From Squalus acanthias (lineage: Eukaryota), in the NCBI GenBank assembly GCA_030390025.1, contig JASTWF010000333.1:1-64000 (forward strand): a DNA stretch of 64,000 nucleotides, given 5' to 3'. The stretch's first letter is position 1. Every line of letters begins with the position of its first letter. Below, piece by piece: positions 1-12,946 of this stretch. A program made the position numbers and the translations under genes. The notes below the pieces were generated by a model. The model was given only the letters and a program-made list of their open reading frames with translations. It ran no database searches and had not been told where the DNA came from.

Positions 1-33
1 AAGGGCCGAATGGCCTACTCCTGCTCCTATGTT

Positions 34-200
34 TCCCTGTTCACAGACACCACAGATCCCCTGTAGAGGGTGCCGCACTGAAACAGACGCCGGATTTGTA
101 GAAATCCCTGCTGACAAGCCCTGCAAAAGTCTGTGGGCAACCTGTACGTGAGGTGAACGGCAAAAGCCATTCCTTCGCCGCTGAAAGCAAAATCCGGGCC
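34..200 (-). mobile_element. Terminal part of a non-autonomous TIR (Harbinger-type) element
   Basis: Reverse complement is homologous to 48585-48755; ends in AAAATCCGGGCC (rc GGCCCGGATTTT). Directly preceded by a CR1 3' tail (1-33). Confidence 0.7.
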
Positions 201-269
201 ATTGTGTTGTGTTTCTGCCAGAATCATTGCACCTTAGCCCTTGATTCCATCTCCCTTCTCCATGCTTAC

Positions 270-794
270 TTAGGCGATGAAGCGCAATCTCAATCGCCCC
301 TGCACCGTAAATTCAGGAGTAGCTACTGAAAGTGCTTCCCCTCCTTCTTGGGGCGCTACCAGTGAATTTCACGGCACTACGTGCCAACAGCGCCACGCAC
401 GTCGGCACATAGCACCACTCATATGCAGGCTTCCCTCCTCTGGACCACCGGGGGGAGCGGGGTGCCGGGAAAACAGCCGGCACTCAAGAGGAGTGCCGGG
501 CTGAGCGATCGTGCCGGCACCCGATGAAAAAAGGGGAAGGGGGCAGGTGCTGGCAGTCGGCCCAAAAAAAAATGGCTGCCCAACACCTGCCCTTTAAGTA
601 GCACCACCACGGCCGCAAAAATGCCACCCTGACCCTGTCGGACATATCGTCCGGCGATAGGTCAGCGGGCAGGGAGCTGCGCACAGCAATGATGACGCCG
701 CCGCTAACCTCCCGCTGAATTTCCCGGGAGGCGTTAGTGGTGCCGCGCCAGGGGGGCGCTAACGGGAGGCGCAAAGCAACCCAATTTTTCCACC
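270..794 (-). mobile_element. GC-rich non-autonomous TIR element, same family as 10036-10764
   Basis: rc of 480-790 aligns with 10040-10440 (CTAACGCCTCCCG.GAAATTCAGCGGGAGGTTAGC; TATGTCCGACAGGGT.AGGGTGGC). Confidence 0.75.
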
Positions 795-1285
795 AAAAAG
801 TTTATCCATACACTTTTCATAGAATGCCGATGCTTTAACACAGGTCTTTCAAGATCACAGATGAGATCTATAAGTGAAGCTTCTTCATATAAAGACTTTG
901 GAGTAATTAAAATAGCCAATGACTAGGGAGTAAATATACCGCTAACAATAAATGCAGACGACAATTAAAAAAAATTCAAATCAAGACAATCTCTGAATCA
1001 ATCTCTGAGCTAGTTGGCATTATCCAGAGTTAAAAGAGTAAAAGAGGTGGAGAGTCAGTCAGGAGGAATGCTGGGATCAGGAAAGATAGTCACAAGAGGC
1101 AAGGCAGCAGAATGGATGATCTTGATTCTGTAGACAAAGAACTTCATAAGTTCCTCGCATGGAGTCAGATGAGATACTTAATTGTGGAGGAGTTTGGAGC
1201 TGTTCCTACTCTCCATGATGATTTTCAAATAAGATGAGGATTTGGCTAATGGCAGGGACGGGCTGCTGTGGTCAAACATATTTGA

Positions 1286-1680
1286 CAATAACAACTTGCA
1301 TTTTATGAAGCAGCTTTAACATAATAAAACGTCCCAAGGCGCATTATCAAACAAAATTTGACACCGAGCCACATAAGGAAATATTAGGACAGGTGACCAA
1401 AAGGTTGGTCAAATAGATAGGTTTTAAAAAGCGTCTTAAAGGAGGAGAGAGGTAGAGATGCGGAGAGATTTAGGGAGGAAATTCCAGAGCTTAGGGCCGA
1501 GGCAGTTGAAGGCACAGCCACCAATGGTGGAGTGATTGAAAATCGGGGCCGCACAAGAGGCCAGAGATCTTGGAGGGGAGTAGGGCTGGAGGAGGTTACA
1601 GAGATAGGGAGGGGCAAGACCATGGAGGGATTTGAAAACAAGGATAAAAATTTTAAAATCGAGGCGCTGCCGGACTGGAC
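1286..1680 (-). mobile_element. L2 LINE 3' fragment
   Basis: Encodes ...SLSSFKTLFKTYLFDQPFGHLS on - strand; (CAA)n-like tail; homologous to 61335-61770. Confidence 0.85.
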
Positions 1681-3278
1681 TACCAGGTCAGTAGCTCAGT
1701 AAATGCACAAGACTTGAGACTACAGAGCTGGCTGTTGTCCTGGGGAGCAGCAGGGGCAGGGGACTATCTGTGATCTAATGGGGAAAAAAGTGTTCGAACA
1801 AGAGGTGAGGCAGTTTTTGCAGGCAATTAATGGAGGCTTTGATGTCATTATAGGTGGAAGGGCAGAATCAGAGGAGGTTTGAATGAGAGGGGTCTATGAT
1901 AAAATCGACGCAGTAACAAATATTTTTTCTCCTACCATGCTTTTATTACCACAAGTGATGCTTTATCCATGAACTATAAAACAGATAATATGACTTATTA
2001 TTTTTCTACCGATCGATATTACAGTAGCTTCCTCATTATAAAGCAGTTTAGGTACCTTCACTGTGCCAATCAACAAAGTGATTGAAATAGTTTTACTTAA
2101 AGTTTTATCTCCTGATGGTACAAATAGAATATGTAATGAACAAGTGTGATATGTAATGAACAAATCCATTTATAATAGTCAATCTCCTATGGCACTGTAC
2201 ACAGGGAGTCAAGAGCAAGTGTAGTCTTCAGGTGAAACGGAGTTAGAGGGCAGGGTTGCAGACATATTTCAGTTGAACTCATTTTAAAGTCATACGTTCT
2301 GTCCTTATGTTTTTAGAAATTTCCATTATAAATTCCTGTGCCATATTCATGATGGAAACTGCCTATATAAACTTATCACACTGTTATTACACCATCCTGC
2401 CACTGTTGGTGCTGTAGCACCTCCATTGATGGGAGGGTTGTACCTACAGTGTGGCAGGTTTACATTATAAATGTGGGCATAAGAATTTATAATGGGGAAA
2501 AGTTGACAGGAAATGCATACAGATGTAAGATTTTTAATGTATTAATAGTTCAATTTCACTGATAGAGTTGCCATCAGTCCAGTTTTCAGTTGGGATAGTC
2601 CATTTATTTTGAGCAGGCTGCTGTGGTTTTTTTTTTAATCGTTAATGTAAAAAGGGCAAGGATCGTTTTCTGCTTGGTTCTCCGTGGATATTTATCACCC
2701 AGTATCGTAAGGTTTACATTAAAATATCAATACCGGACTGATGTGAACTGTTCCCGGAGAATCAGCAGAGCAATGAAGTTCATTGTACCCAGTGAGCAAA
2801 GGCTTGCCATTACAATAAATTTGACCCTTGTACCAATCGAATGTCGATCCACACGTCAGTTGAAATAATTTGCTTTGATACAATTTTGAAACGGTCTTTT
2901 CCTAAACCACACCTAATCACCCTCTCTCCGGTTTTGGATTTGGTAAAGGGTGGCACCCTAGTCACTGCTAAGGATTGCTTACACAATTCACTTCTGTCAT
3001 TCTCAGTATGACTTATGAGGTTCGCCCTCATCAGTGAAATACAACATATTACACATTTGCTGATTGCACATCCTCTACTCATATTTTTGATGCATCATAG
3101 TTTTATAATCCAAAAGTCCAAATCATTTAATTGCCAAAGATACTGAATAAAGGCATTACAGTAAAATATATTTACAGTGAAACACTGAATTGTAATAAAT
3201 TTAGAAAACTGTGTTCACTTTTACCAGAGAAGGGTAAGGAATCAAGAAAGAGCTTTCAAATCAGGTTTTCTAAAGGAT

Positions 3279-3413
3279 AAAAACAGAAATTGCTGGAAAT
3301 ACACAGTAGGTCTGGCACCATCTGTAAAGAGAAAAGGCAGGTTAATGTAACCTGAACATTAACCTGTCTTTACAGATGCTGACTGACCTGTACATATTTA
3401 CAGTATTATCTGC
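3279..3413. mobile_element. Degenerate Penelope terminal-repeat fold-back fragment
   Basis: AAAACAGAAATTGCTGGAAATAC...CATCTGTAAAG...GGTTAATGT / ACATTAACC...CTTTACAGATGCTG; same family and inverted geometry as 39956-40184. Confidence 0.6.
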
Positions 3414-3421
3414 CTTTAACA

Positions 3422-4955
3422 GGAAGTCAATGGGAATTAGGGGGAAAACTCTCCACTGGCTGGAGTCATACCTAGCACAAAGGAAGATGGTTGTGGTTGT
3501 TGGAGGTCAATCATCTAAGCCCCAGGACATTGCTGCAGGAGTTCCTCAGGGCAGTGTCCTAGGCCCAGCCATCTTCAGCTGCTTCATCAATGACCTTCCC
3601 TCCATCAGAAGGTCAGAAGTGGGGATGTTCACTGATGATTGCAGTGTGCAGTTCCATTCACAACTCCTCAGTTAATGAAGCAGTCCATGCCCGCATGCAG
3701 CAAGACCTGAACAACATTCAGGCTTGGGCTGATAAGTGGCAAGTAACATTCGTGCCACACAAGTGCCAGGCAATGACTATCTCCAACAAGCGAGAGTCTA
3801 ACTACCGCCCCTTGACATCAACGGCATTACCATCGCCAAATCGCCCACCAACATCCTGGGGGTAACCATTGACCAGAAACTTAACTGGACCAACCACATA
3901 AATACTGTGGAGACAAGGGCAGGTCAGAGGCTGGGTATTCTGCGGCGAGTGTCTCACCTCCTGACTCCTCAAAGTTCATCTGCAAGTCACACACCATCCT
4001 GACTTGGAAATATATCGCCGTTCCTTCATCGTCGCTGGATCAAAATCCTGGAACTCCCTCCCTAACAGCACCGTGGGAGTATCCTTCACCGCACAGGCTG
4101 GGGATGTTCGCTGATGACTGCACAGTGATCAGCGCCATTCACAACTCCTCAGATAATGAAGCACTCCATGCCCGCATGCAACAAGACCTGGACAATGTTC
4201 AGGCTTGGGCTGATAAGTGGCAGGTAACATTCGCGCCACAGAAGTGCCAGGCAATGATTATCTCCAACAAGCGAGAGTCTAACCACCTCCCCTTGACATT
4301 CAATGGCATTACCATCGCCGAATCCCCCACTATCAACATCCTGGGGGTCACCATTAACCAGAAACTTAACTGGACCAGCCACATAAATACTGTGGCAATA
4401 AGAGCAGGTCAGAGGCTAGGTATTCTGCGGCGAGTGTCTCACCTCCTGACTCCCCAAAGCCTTTCCACCATCTACAAGGCACAAGTAAGGAGTGTGATGG
4501 AATACTCTCCACTTGCCTGGATGAGTGCAGCTCCAACAACACTCAAGAAGCTCGACACCATCCAGGACAAAGCAGCCCGCTTGATTGGCACCCCATCCAC
4601 CACCTTAAACATTCACACCATCCTGACTTGGAAGTATATCGCCGATCCTTGATCATCGCTGGGTCAAAATCCTGGAACTCCCTCCCTAACAGCACTGTGG
4701 GAGTACCATCACCACACAGACTGCAGCGGTTCAAGAAGGCCACTCACCACCACCTTCTCAAGGGCAACTAGGGATGGGCAATAAATGCTGGTCTTGCTAG
4801 CGACGCCCAGATCCCATAAACGAATAAAAAAAAAAGGCTTGCAGCGGTTCAAGAAGGCGGCTCACCACCGGATTCTGAAGGGGAATTAGGGATGGGCAAT
4901 AAATGCTGGCCTTGCCAGCGATGCCCACATCCCAGGAATGAATAAAAAAAAATAA
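3422..4955 (+). mobile_element. Three tandem 3' fragments of a CR1/L2-group LINE (RT C-terminus and 3' UTR)
   Basis: ORFs 3376-3675 (GVPQGSVLGP) and 4104-4652 (FADD...WADKWQVTF); repeated 3' end GGGCAA.TAGGGATGGGCAATAAATGCTGG...AATAAAAAAA at 4762-4835 and 4882-4955. Confidence 0.85.
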
Positions 4956-6405
4956 AGTACCTGCATTTATATAGCACCTTATATATGGCGCACAATTTTA
5001 AAGTGCTTTGGCTTTAGAAAGGCTGAAAACTAAATTTCGCTTCCATACAGTGTTTGTAAAGTCTTGGCAACCTTTGGAAAGGCTGAAATCATTTTTGCTC
5101 CCCTATGAATGTGCCCACATTTAAGTGGCCCCATCCCTTTAAATTCTGGCTGCTGCTTTGAAGGGCTGATGAATGTGTGAATTTCCCCATCCTTAACAAA
5201 CCCACCACCTCCCGCTCCTCCCCCCCCCCCCCCCCCCCCACCACAACCCTCCCCATTTTGGTGAACTCCGGGCACCATGCACAATATGAGCTGGGAGCAC
5301 ACCATGCATAGGCAATGAGGGCCGACCTTGAGAAATCCTTCTATGGTTGGACCAGCGGAATGCCAGCGAGCACTGGGAGAAGAAGATTGGCATGATATCT
5401 GTGGCCAAAGATGGTGTTGCACAGCCATGGTCACTTCTGTAACCTGAGTGGTGCAGTATGACAACCAGAGCCAGAAAAATGCAGTCAGTATTAGTTTTAT
5501 TACACACTTGAGCTAGATCCAATTGAAACAAAGAAAATATTTCACACATTTTGGCAAGCATTCAGGCAGGCTACAGACTCTGCTTTACCGTGTCAGTGGG
5601 CAACAGTCTCTACTGTATGCTGCTTTTAGTGGGTACTCATGTCACTGACAGATAATTATGCCTCGCTGGCATTAATTAGGTTAAATCTATGTTCTATGAC
5701 GTGACTGCTTTTCAGCTCATTAATTTTAACTGAAGCATTTAATGAGTGCTATATTTAATATTACATTTAAAAAAATGATAAAGGGATGGTGTCTTTAGTT
5801 AGCTGAGGCATTATTTATACCTTTAGTAAACACAGTCTAAAGCCAGAAAGAAGATATCAAGCTGTTAGTCTGTTTCTCTAATCTTTTCTCATTTTAAACC
5901 AGCGAATGACTTTGTTAAAATGGTGCAAACACAAGTTTGACGCAAATGTGATACCTGGCATGCTAAAAATAGCACACAGAGGAATTTCAAGCGTGGTGTT
6001 CATAAATAAATCATTATTACCACGTCAGAATAATATTATTGACCTTCACGTTACAAGAAAGAAAATAAATCAATCCAAGTCACGTTAGGCGCTTTGTACA
6101 TTACAGTATTTCACAACCACTGAAATTCAAAGGGAGGAAGTGTTATTTCCAACAAAAATAACAGTTTCCTCATTTTGACATACAGACACTAATGGGATTT
6201 TATGCATAATATTTTGACTTGTGACATAAAAGTCCATCCAGAAGTTGAGATAGATGAGTATAACAAAATCCACTTGGGCACCTGCAAGAACAAAGGAAAG
6301 TCCCAAGTAACTTTTATTACCTTTGTCCCATTTACACATGTCACCACTGTATTTATCTTAAAATAGACCTAAGGTATAATGAAGTAATGATGGTGGTGAC
6401 ATAAT

Positions 6406-7090
6406 GGCCTAGAAATTCAGGTGCTAAATGGCCAACTAAGCCACCAATATGGTGAGCAGAAAGTGAACACTCATTACGAGCCGGAAGTGCACCGCCCGCC
6501 ATATTGGTAAAGGCCAAAAAACTGGCGTGAAGTGCCCAAGGCTGAAACAGGCATTAGGGCCTGAGCACTGGCTCCATGCAGGAAAACCAGGTCTACCTGC
6601 AGCCTAAGAGGCAGTCCTTAAAGGGACCGCTGCAGGCCACAACCAACAAGGTAAGTTCTTTAAATATACTTCCCTGAATGTGGAGTCGGGAGGAGCAGGA
6701 CTCCACATACAAAGAACGCGAACCACTGCCGGCCACCATTTCCCCCCCACCCCCCACACGTCGCCACTGCTACCCACTTCCAATCGCCACAGCTATGCTC
6801 CCCCCTCCCCCCGCCACTCAATCCCAGCCTCTCCCCTCCTCGATCCCAGACTCTGCCCTCCCAGATCCCGATCTCTCTCCTCCCTCTCGGCCTCGGCCCC
6901 TCCCTGATCCCGGTCTCTGCCCTGTCTCTCAGTCACCGCTACCATCGCAACCCCGTCGCCCTCCTTCCTTTGATCACTTGCCTGTGATGCCAGCGGCGAC
7001 CCAATCTTCGATTCCTCTTCCCCGGCGAGCTGCCTGGAGACACCTGAGAACATATTGGATTTTTTTAAAAAGCTGATGAATTTCAAGGCC
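6406..7090. mobile_element. Non-autonomous TIR element
   Basis: TIRs GGCCTAGAAATTCA and rc GGCCTTGAAATTCA (13/14); no coding capacity; flanks AAT/ATA do not form a clean TSD. Confidence 0.7.
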
Positions 7091-8028
7091 ATATATATAC
7101 ACATGTATGTTTTTTCATATATATATATATGTAACACACAAATACACATTTCAGTCAATTAATTGTCTAAATGATCATCAAATAATGTATATTTCAAATT
7201 TTTCTCTTTCTCAACTCTTATAATCTCTAATATGAATAAACAAAATCATTCAGAGGTCATGAGAAAAAGGCTACACACAGAAAGGTACCTTTCAGCTCCT
7301 GGGCATTAGAGTAATGGTGTTTCGAACATGCAATTGATCAGATTTTTGTCGTGGATATCTTAGGTTCTTCAGTGATGAGCACTAATCTGACACTAAAACT
7401 ATCCTACACCCACCAACTCACCACTAATACTGATTCATGCCTACGGAAACTGATGCAGAACCACTGACCCCAAAATGATCTATGTTACTCTCGGTATCTT
7501 AAAGTTCCAATGTGAAGCATATGACCAAAAGGTGCAGCAGGAGTTTAAAGAAAAACTGTTAATTAAGGTTAATGTGTGCGAAATACAGCTTCCATATTTT
7601 TGCTGGAACTCATGACTAAAATAGTCACAAAGAAAATGCAAGTAACGATGACATGTGCTTTTTAATTTTATTTTTATACATATTTATAATAAATTTATTA
7701 TAAACTCGGATACCATCATTTTAAGAAAAAAAATTGGTCAAGGGTGACAATGTTAAACAGAGGAATTGTTAGATGGAAAATGGCCAAGGTTCATCGAGCT
7801 CACCTACTACCATCCTGGTAGTCACATGATACAAAGACAGTGGAGTTGTTGACTAATCATAACACTCAGTCTCTATCAATTGGTCTACAATAGACCTGAC
7901 GCGAGGAAAACCCCAGGGGTGGTGAGCTTTGGGGACCGTAGGAACATACAGTGGAAAGGTGTAAGAGGGCAAAATTAAAAGGGACAAAGTACAATTCCTG
8001 CCAGTAATGTAAGAATTCCAGTACACAA

Positions 8029-8194
8029 GAACAACAACTTGTATTTATATAGCGCCTTCAATGTAGTAAAACGTTCCAAGGCGCTTCACAGGAGTATTAA
8101 AAGGCAAAAGAATTTGACACCGAGCCACATAAGGAGAAATTACGGCAGGTGACCAAAAGCTTGGTCAAAGAAGTAGGTTTTAAGGAGCGTCTTA
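8029..8194 (-). mobile_element. L2 LINE extreme 3' fragment
   Basis: KTLLKTYFFDQAFGHLP on - strand plus (CAA)n tail. Confidence 0.8.
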
Positions 8195-8835
8195 ACGGAG
8201 AAAAGAGATGAGCAATATTTGAGAGGCACTGAATATTGGCTCATGTTCACTAAAACAAGCATTAACCCTGCCTTTACACTGCAGCTTCCAGTGAAGCGCT
8301 GACTGCATTTGAGCAGAGACAAGAGCAAGGAGCTGCAATCACACACCTGCTCATATCTTTGTAAAGTTGGAGGAGGATTTCAGACGTTTACATATATCTG
8401 CTAAATCAAATGCTTGGTTAACTGCTTACCAGCTTTCTGCAGCTGGTGAGCTTTTAACTAAGTGACAGCTGACAGTACGGACAACTCTTTTCTAAATTGG
8501 TAAAAGTAGAATAATCGATGTAGGGGGCTCTTCTGAGTTTAAATTATTTATTAAATCTAGTTGGAGGGCTTGACACCAGTGGAAAGTATATCATAGCTAG
8601 TGTAAAGGTAAAGCCATGTCTTGGAAGTTACCTCTTGCTTATCTCAATACTGTCCCACAGCACCAGCCCACTGAGAAGACACAGGTGAAAGGTTCAATGC
8701 AACAGCAATATAAAACAATTTTGTTCATTATAAATGAAGCTCTTTATTTCACTTTTCTCCTCTTCAATGGTATCCCCTCTTCTAATAAAGACGAACCATG
8801 CTGATCCCAACACACCCTTTGTGTATGTACCTAAA

Positions 8836-8934
8836 AGTGAGAAGTCGCACAACACCAGGTTATAGTCCAACAGCTTTATTTGAAATCACAAGCTTTCGGA
8901 GTGCTGCTCCTTTGTCAGGTGAAGTGACCTCGCA
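8836..8934 (-). mobile_element. 99-bp solo Penelope-like terminal repeat insertion
   Basis: Flanked by a perfect 12-bp direct repeat TATGTACCTAAA (8824-8835, 8935-8946); contains a minimal hammerhead motif. Confidence 0.7.
8886..8922 (-). ncRNA. Minimal type-I hammerhead ribozyme motif (core G8->A variant)
   Basis: - strand TCAC-CTGACAA-A-GGAG(CAGCA)CTCC-GAAA-GC-TT-GTGA: stem I TCAC/GTGA, stem II GGAG/CTCC, palindromic AGCT in place of stem III. Confidence 0.6.
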
Positions 8935-8951
8935 TATGTACCTAAACATCA

Positions 8952-9640
8952 GGGACTGGAATTTCCTGGATTGCACTTACACAGAAATAACGCCGAAATT
9001 TACGTCGGTTTCTGTGCTGACCTTGCCGACGGGAACTTAAGCTGAAACGTCCTACAGAGCTCATTCGCCTACACAAAAGCAAACGCAAATGCAGCGCCAC
9101 CAATAGGGAAAACAACGAGTAGGCTACTGCCTTCTGCCGTGACACCTCGCTCTCGGAGCCTCTTGTCTCTGCTGCTCCTCTTCCATCATTATGCAGAAGA
9201 GGGACATGCCCATTGGGGAGGCCATTCCAGCAGCTCAAACCTTCTGAACGAGTGGGGGAAGGGGGCAGGGAGCCGAAAATTTTTGGGTGCACTGAGGCTG
9301 ACATCATTTTGGTTCAGTATAGTGCAGGTCTCAGTAAGAACAAATTTGCTATCAATCTCCAGAAATCTCAGTTACGCCAATAGCAGGTGGCTTTGGGCTA
9401 CATTTGCAAGCGTGAATCTACGGCAGCACATCATTCACGGAAATTCGTGCAAGCTGATCTTTTGCGTGGGGGGCGGAGCTATGTAAATGAGCGGCAGAGG
9501 GTTTGGGCGGACATATCTCGGAAGTGCTGCAAACGATCGTGGACATGCGTGTTACGCGCAAATGTTCTCGCAGAAAAAACAGGGCAACTGCACTCTTACA
9601 CCGTAGGTACGCAAGAAACTTTCCAGGAAATCCCGGGCCT
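8952..9640. mobile_element. Non-autonomous TIR element
   Basis: Left GGGACTGGAATTTCCTGGA versus right rc AGGCCCGGGATTTCCTGGA; CpG-rich interior. Confidence 0.65.
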
Positions 9641-10035
9641 GCATGTCAGCTGCCTACAGCCTGCTCAACTGTACGAGCATACACAGCTAAGTCCAATTCT
9701 GTCCACACCCGTTGTGATTCACATTCGCTGTCCAGTAGGAGTCCAGCGATCAGGATTAGGAATTTTTTCCATTTGTTGTACCCCTACGCCCACCGTGACT
9801 GAGATCAGTTAACTCAGCACAAGTATTGAACCCAGGGCTTTCCTGGTCCATATGCCTCAGTACCAACCGTGCCATTAGAGGAACTACAAATGTAATGTTT
9901 TGTTCTTCCTAAGTATCAAATCAGATTAGAGCTAGGTAGTCGCTATGTTACGGCTGATTCATATCTATAGAGTCAATGCAGGAAGGATACAGTTTAGGGG
10001 ACAATACTTTATGAAAATTATCCCACAGTCACTGA

Positions 10036-10764
10036 GGGGGAAAAATTCGGATGCTTTGCGCCTCTCGTTAGGGGCGCAAAGCACCTAGCACCCGGACGCA
10101 GCGACACTAACGCCTCCCGCGAAATTCAGCGGGAGGTTAGCAGCGGCAGTAGCCGGTAGCGCCCCGCGCCGCTGCGCCTCCAGTGATGACATCATCACCG
10201 TGCGCAGCACCCCGCTCGCGCCCCGGCCGCAAACTTGTCTCACGACCCCTGACCTACCGCCGGACGCTATGTCCGACAGGGTGAGGGTGGCGTTTTTGTG
10301 GCCAGGACGGCGCAAATTAAAGGGCAGGTGCCAGGCGGCCATTGTTTTTGGGCCACCCTGCCAGCACCTGCCCCCTCTGGCCTCCTCCTGCGGGGTGCCG
10401 GCCACGATCGGTCAGCCCGGCACTCCTCTTGAGTGCCGGGCTCTTTTGCCGGCACCCCGCTCCCCGGTGGTCCAGCAGGGCCCCGGTGTGCGCTGCGCTA
10501 GGCCCCTCCCCTTTAATCAGGGGAGGGAGGTCTGTAGTACCACAGCGCTACGTGCCAGCGTGTGTGGCACTGTTGCACGTAGTGCCACGATATTCAATGG
10601 GAGCACCCCAAGAGGGAGGGGGAGCGCTTCCAGTAGCGCCCCACCTCCTGCTTGGGGCGCTACCGTTCAATTTCGTGCACGGGGCAATAACCTTTTCGGG
10701 GCACTAAAAGTAGTGCCCCAGCGAAGTTTGCGGCCCAAAGGGGGCGAGACCCAATTTTTTTCCT
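10036..10764 (+). mobile_element. GC-rich non-autonomous TIR element
   Basis: Starts GGGGGAAAAATT, ends AATTTTTTTCCT; homologous to rc of 270-794; ends resemble 17970-18861. Confidence 0.75.
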
Positions 10765-11729
10765 CTATAAGTCCCCCTGTAAAGTCACATATATGGATTG
10801 GTATGTACTCTATTTAAACAATTCACATTACAATTATTCTGTACATTCTTGCTCTTTGTTCCATCGTGTCCCTGCCTTGGACTGTTCTAGTTCTGATTTG
10901 TTCAAGAAAGAAAATCCAAAAAACGTAACTGCTTACTTCTAACCTGAATGGCAGGGAAGACAAGAATGTTCAGATGCTAATATTTTCACTGTGTTGAAGA
11001 CCAACAAATTCCTTCAAATAAGTAAGAAATTGGCTTAAATCCACCCCATGGTCAAAAAAACCCCAAGAGCGGGAACTGAATCTGTGCAGGGAGGGGGAGG
11101 GACATAAATAGATTTCAGAAATGTGACCGTTCACATTCCTACAAACTGGATCATTTGGAGTTTTGTAACTTAATAAATGGATGGTATTGTGTATCGTTAA
11201 TCCTTTTAACTCACATGTCGAGTGGGTATCTCACCGTTTATAAAGCGGCATCAGTCAGACCACATATGTGGTTTGAGAAAAAGTACATGGTGACTACTGT
11301 TTTGAGTATCTCTTGGTGACAGTTTTATTTCCTTGTCCAATGTTTTTACCAAGGCAACAGCTAAAGTTCAGCTCCACACATAATAGTGGCACTGCAGTAT
11401 CTCAGCCAAGGGACCATTGTTCATGTGTGTGAAAGGACATTCAGGGTTGCTAGGTGGAAGTGAATTGGAAGAGCTTAGCTTCGATGTTGATAACACTGGC
11501 TTCTTTCTTTTCCCATTTGCCTTTGTGCCATTTGCTACGGGGCTGCCATTTCACCCTCCCCAACCATTTCAGACAGGAGACAATGGGCTTCCCGTTGTGA
11601 ATTCTCCTATATATTTACCTTTTTGGAAGAGGGAAAGGAGGAACAGAGGGATGCCAGGATAGTCAGGCAGCAGCAGAGGTGCATGGCACCCACCTGCCAG
11701 TACCCCAACACCACAATATACAGGCAGAG

Positions 11730-12450
11730 GCACAAATACCTACATTTGTCGGAGGACCAATGCCACTAGAGGCTTCACTTTACCTAGAAGCCATCACTGA
11801 GTTATGCCACATGCAGCATGTGGACCTATAACTCATCTCCACTTGCTGCCAGTGACTTAAGGTCACAACTGCCCTGACTGTTTATGCTACAGAGTCGCTC
11901 CAGGCTGTCACTAGGTATCACTAATGTTAGCCAATCAGCTGTGCATTGATGCATTAAGCAAATCACAGATGAATTGTTTACTGGAGCTAATCATTTCATC
12001 ACCTTCCGCATGGCCAATCATTGGCAGCATGATAGGGCACTGTAATTTTAAAGAGTGGCAGGATCCCAAAGGTCCAAGGAGTCATCGATTGCACCCACAT
12101 GACCTTACATGCTCCATTAATCAATTTACATAGGAAAGGATTTTATTTTCTCCATGTATAGCTGGGAGATGCCACAAGCCTTCCTTTTAAGTCAAGCAAC
12201 TGTACCAGTGCTCTTCAACCCAGAAAGGCTCCTGGGGGATTAAGGCAATCCTCTGCAGCTACGGCTCATGACACATGCATTATTCCAGGATACCAATGGA
12301 GTCCTGTTACAATAAGGTCCATTTGTGCACCAGAGTCCAAATGGAGCACAGCATTGGATTGTTGAAGGCACTCTTTAAGGGACTGGATTGTACTATAATA
12401 TAGTCCTGCTAGGGTCCCACGGTTGTTCTGTACAGTGTGCTGCACAAATT
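11730..12450 (+). pseudogene. Degraded Harbinger (HARBI1-like) DDE transposase
   Basis: Hand translation across stops and frameshifts: YLHLSEDQCH*RLHFT, KVTTALTVYATESLQ, KVQGVIDCTHM, KGFYFLHV*L, LLGD*GNPLQLRLMT, YNKVHLCTRVQMEHSIGLLKALF. Confidence 0.75.
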
Positions 12451-12946
12451 TACCTTATAAAGGGAGAGGAAGAAGGCCTTAAGGACAGCAAGAGGATCAG
12501 CAAAGGAGTAGTAGCAGTCAAAAGATGATGTGGAGGACTACTTGCTGCCAGCCAGAGACAGTTATGCCACTCATACAAGAGACCTACTCTTGACCTCCAC
12601 AACTAGCCATTGCATTAACAATCTTGTTTACATCGTTCCCCTCCCTTTACAAATATGCCATCATCTATGGACCATTCTCTTGTGTATAGCAATTCATCAG
12701 CCAATGAAAACAACTTCTAAACCTTTGCAAGAATAATGTTTGCAATGACAACAATTTTAGCGCAACAATAATTTTAAAGAGAAACCACATTGTGTGTATG
12801 CCGAGTGCTTCTTACCACAGTGTTTCCCCTTGGTGCCAGTGTATGAAGCATGTGCTTCTCCTCAGTGCTACCGCATTGGCAAGTGGGCGATGGCTGCTGC
12901 TGTGTTGCAACCGGAACCTCCTGGAACTGAGTTAGTCCTCATCTCA

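Noticed and set aside
5219..5239. Poly-C/poly-G runs (also about 14445-14465, 23666-23695) and derived poly-Gly/Pro ORFs
   Set aside because: Simple homopolymers with no further supporting structure.
7371..7394. GTGATGA...CTGA as a C/D box snoRNA
   Set aside because: Boxes are only 8 nt apart, far too short for a snoRNA.
10085..10817. Long overlapping GC-rich ORFs (also 277-774, 6678-7076, 27351-27787, 59225-59636)
   Set aside because: They lie inside GC-rich non-autonomous repeats, have no recognisable domains, and frames are not preserved between homologous copies.
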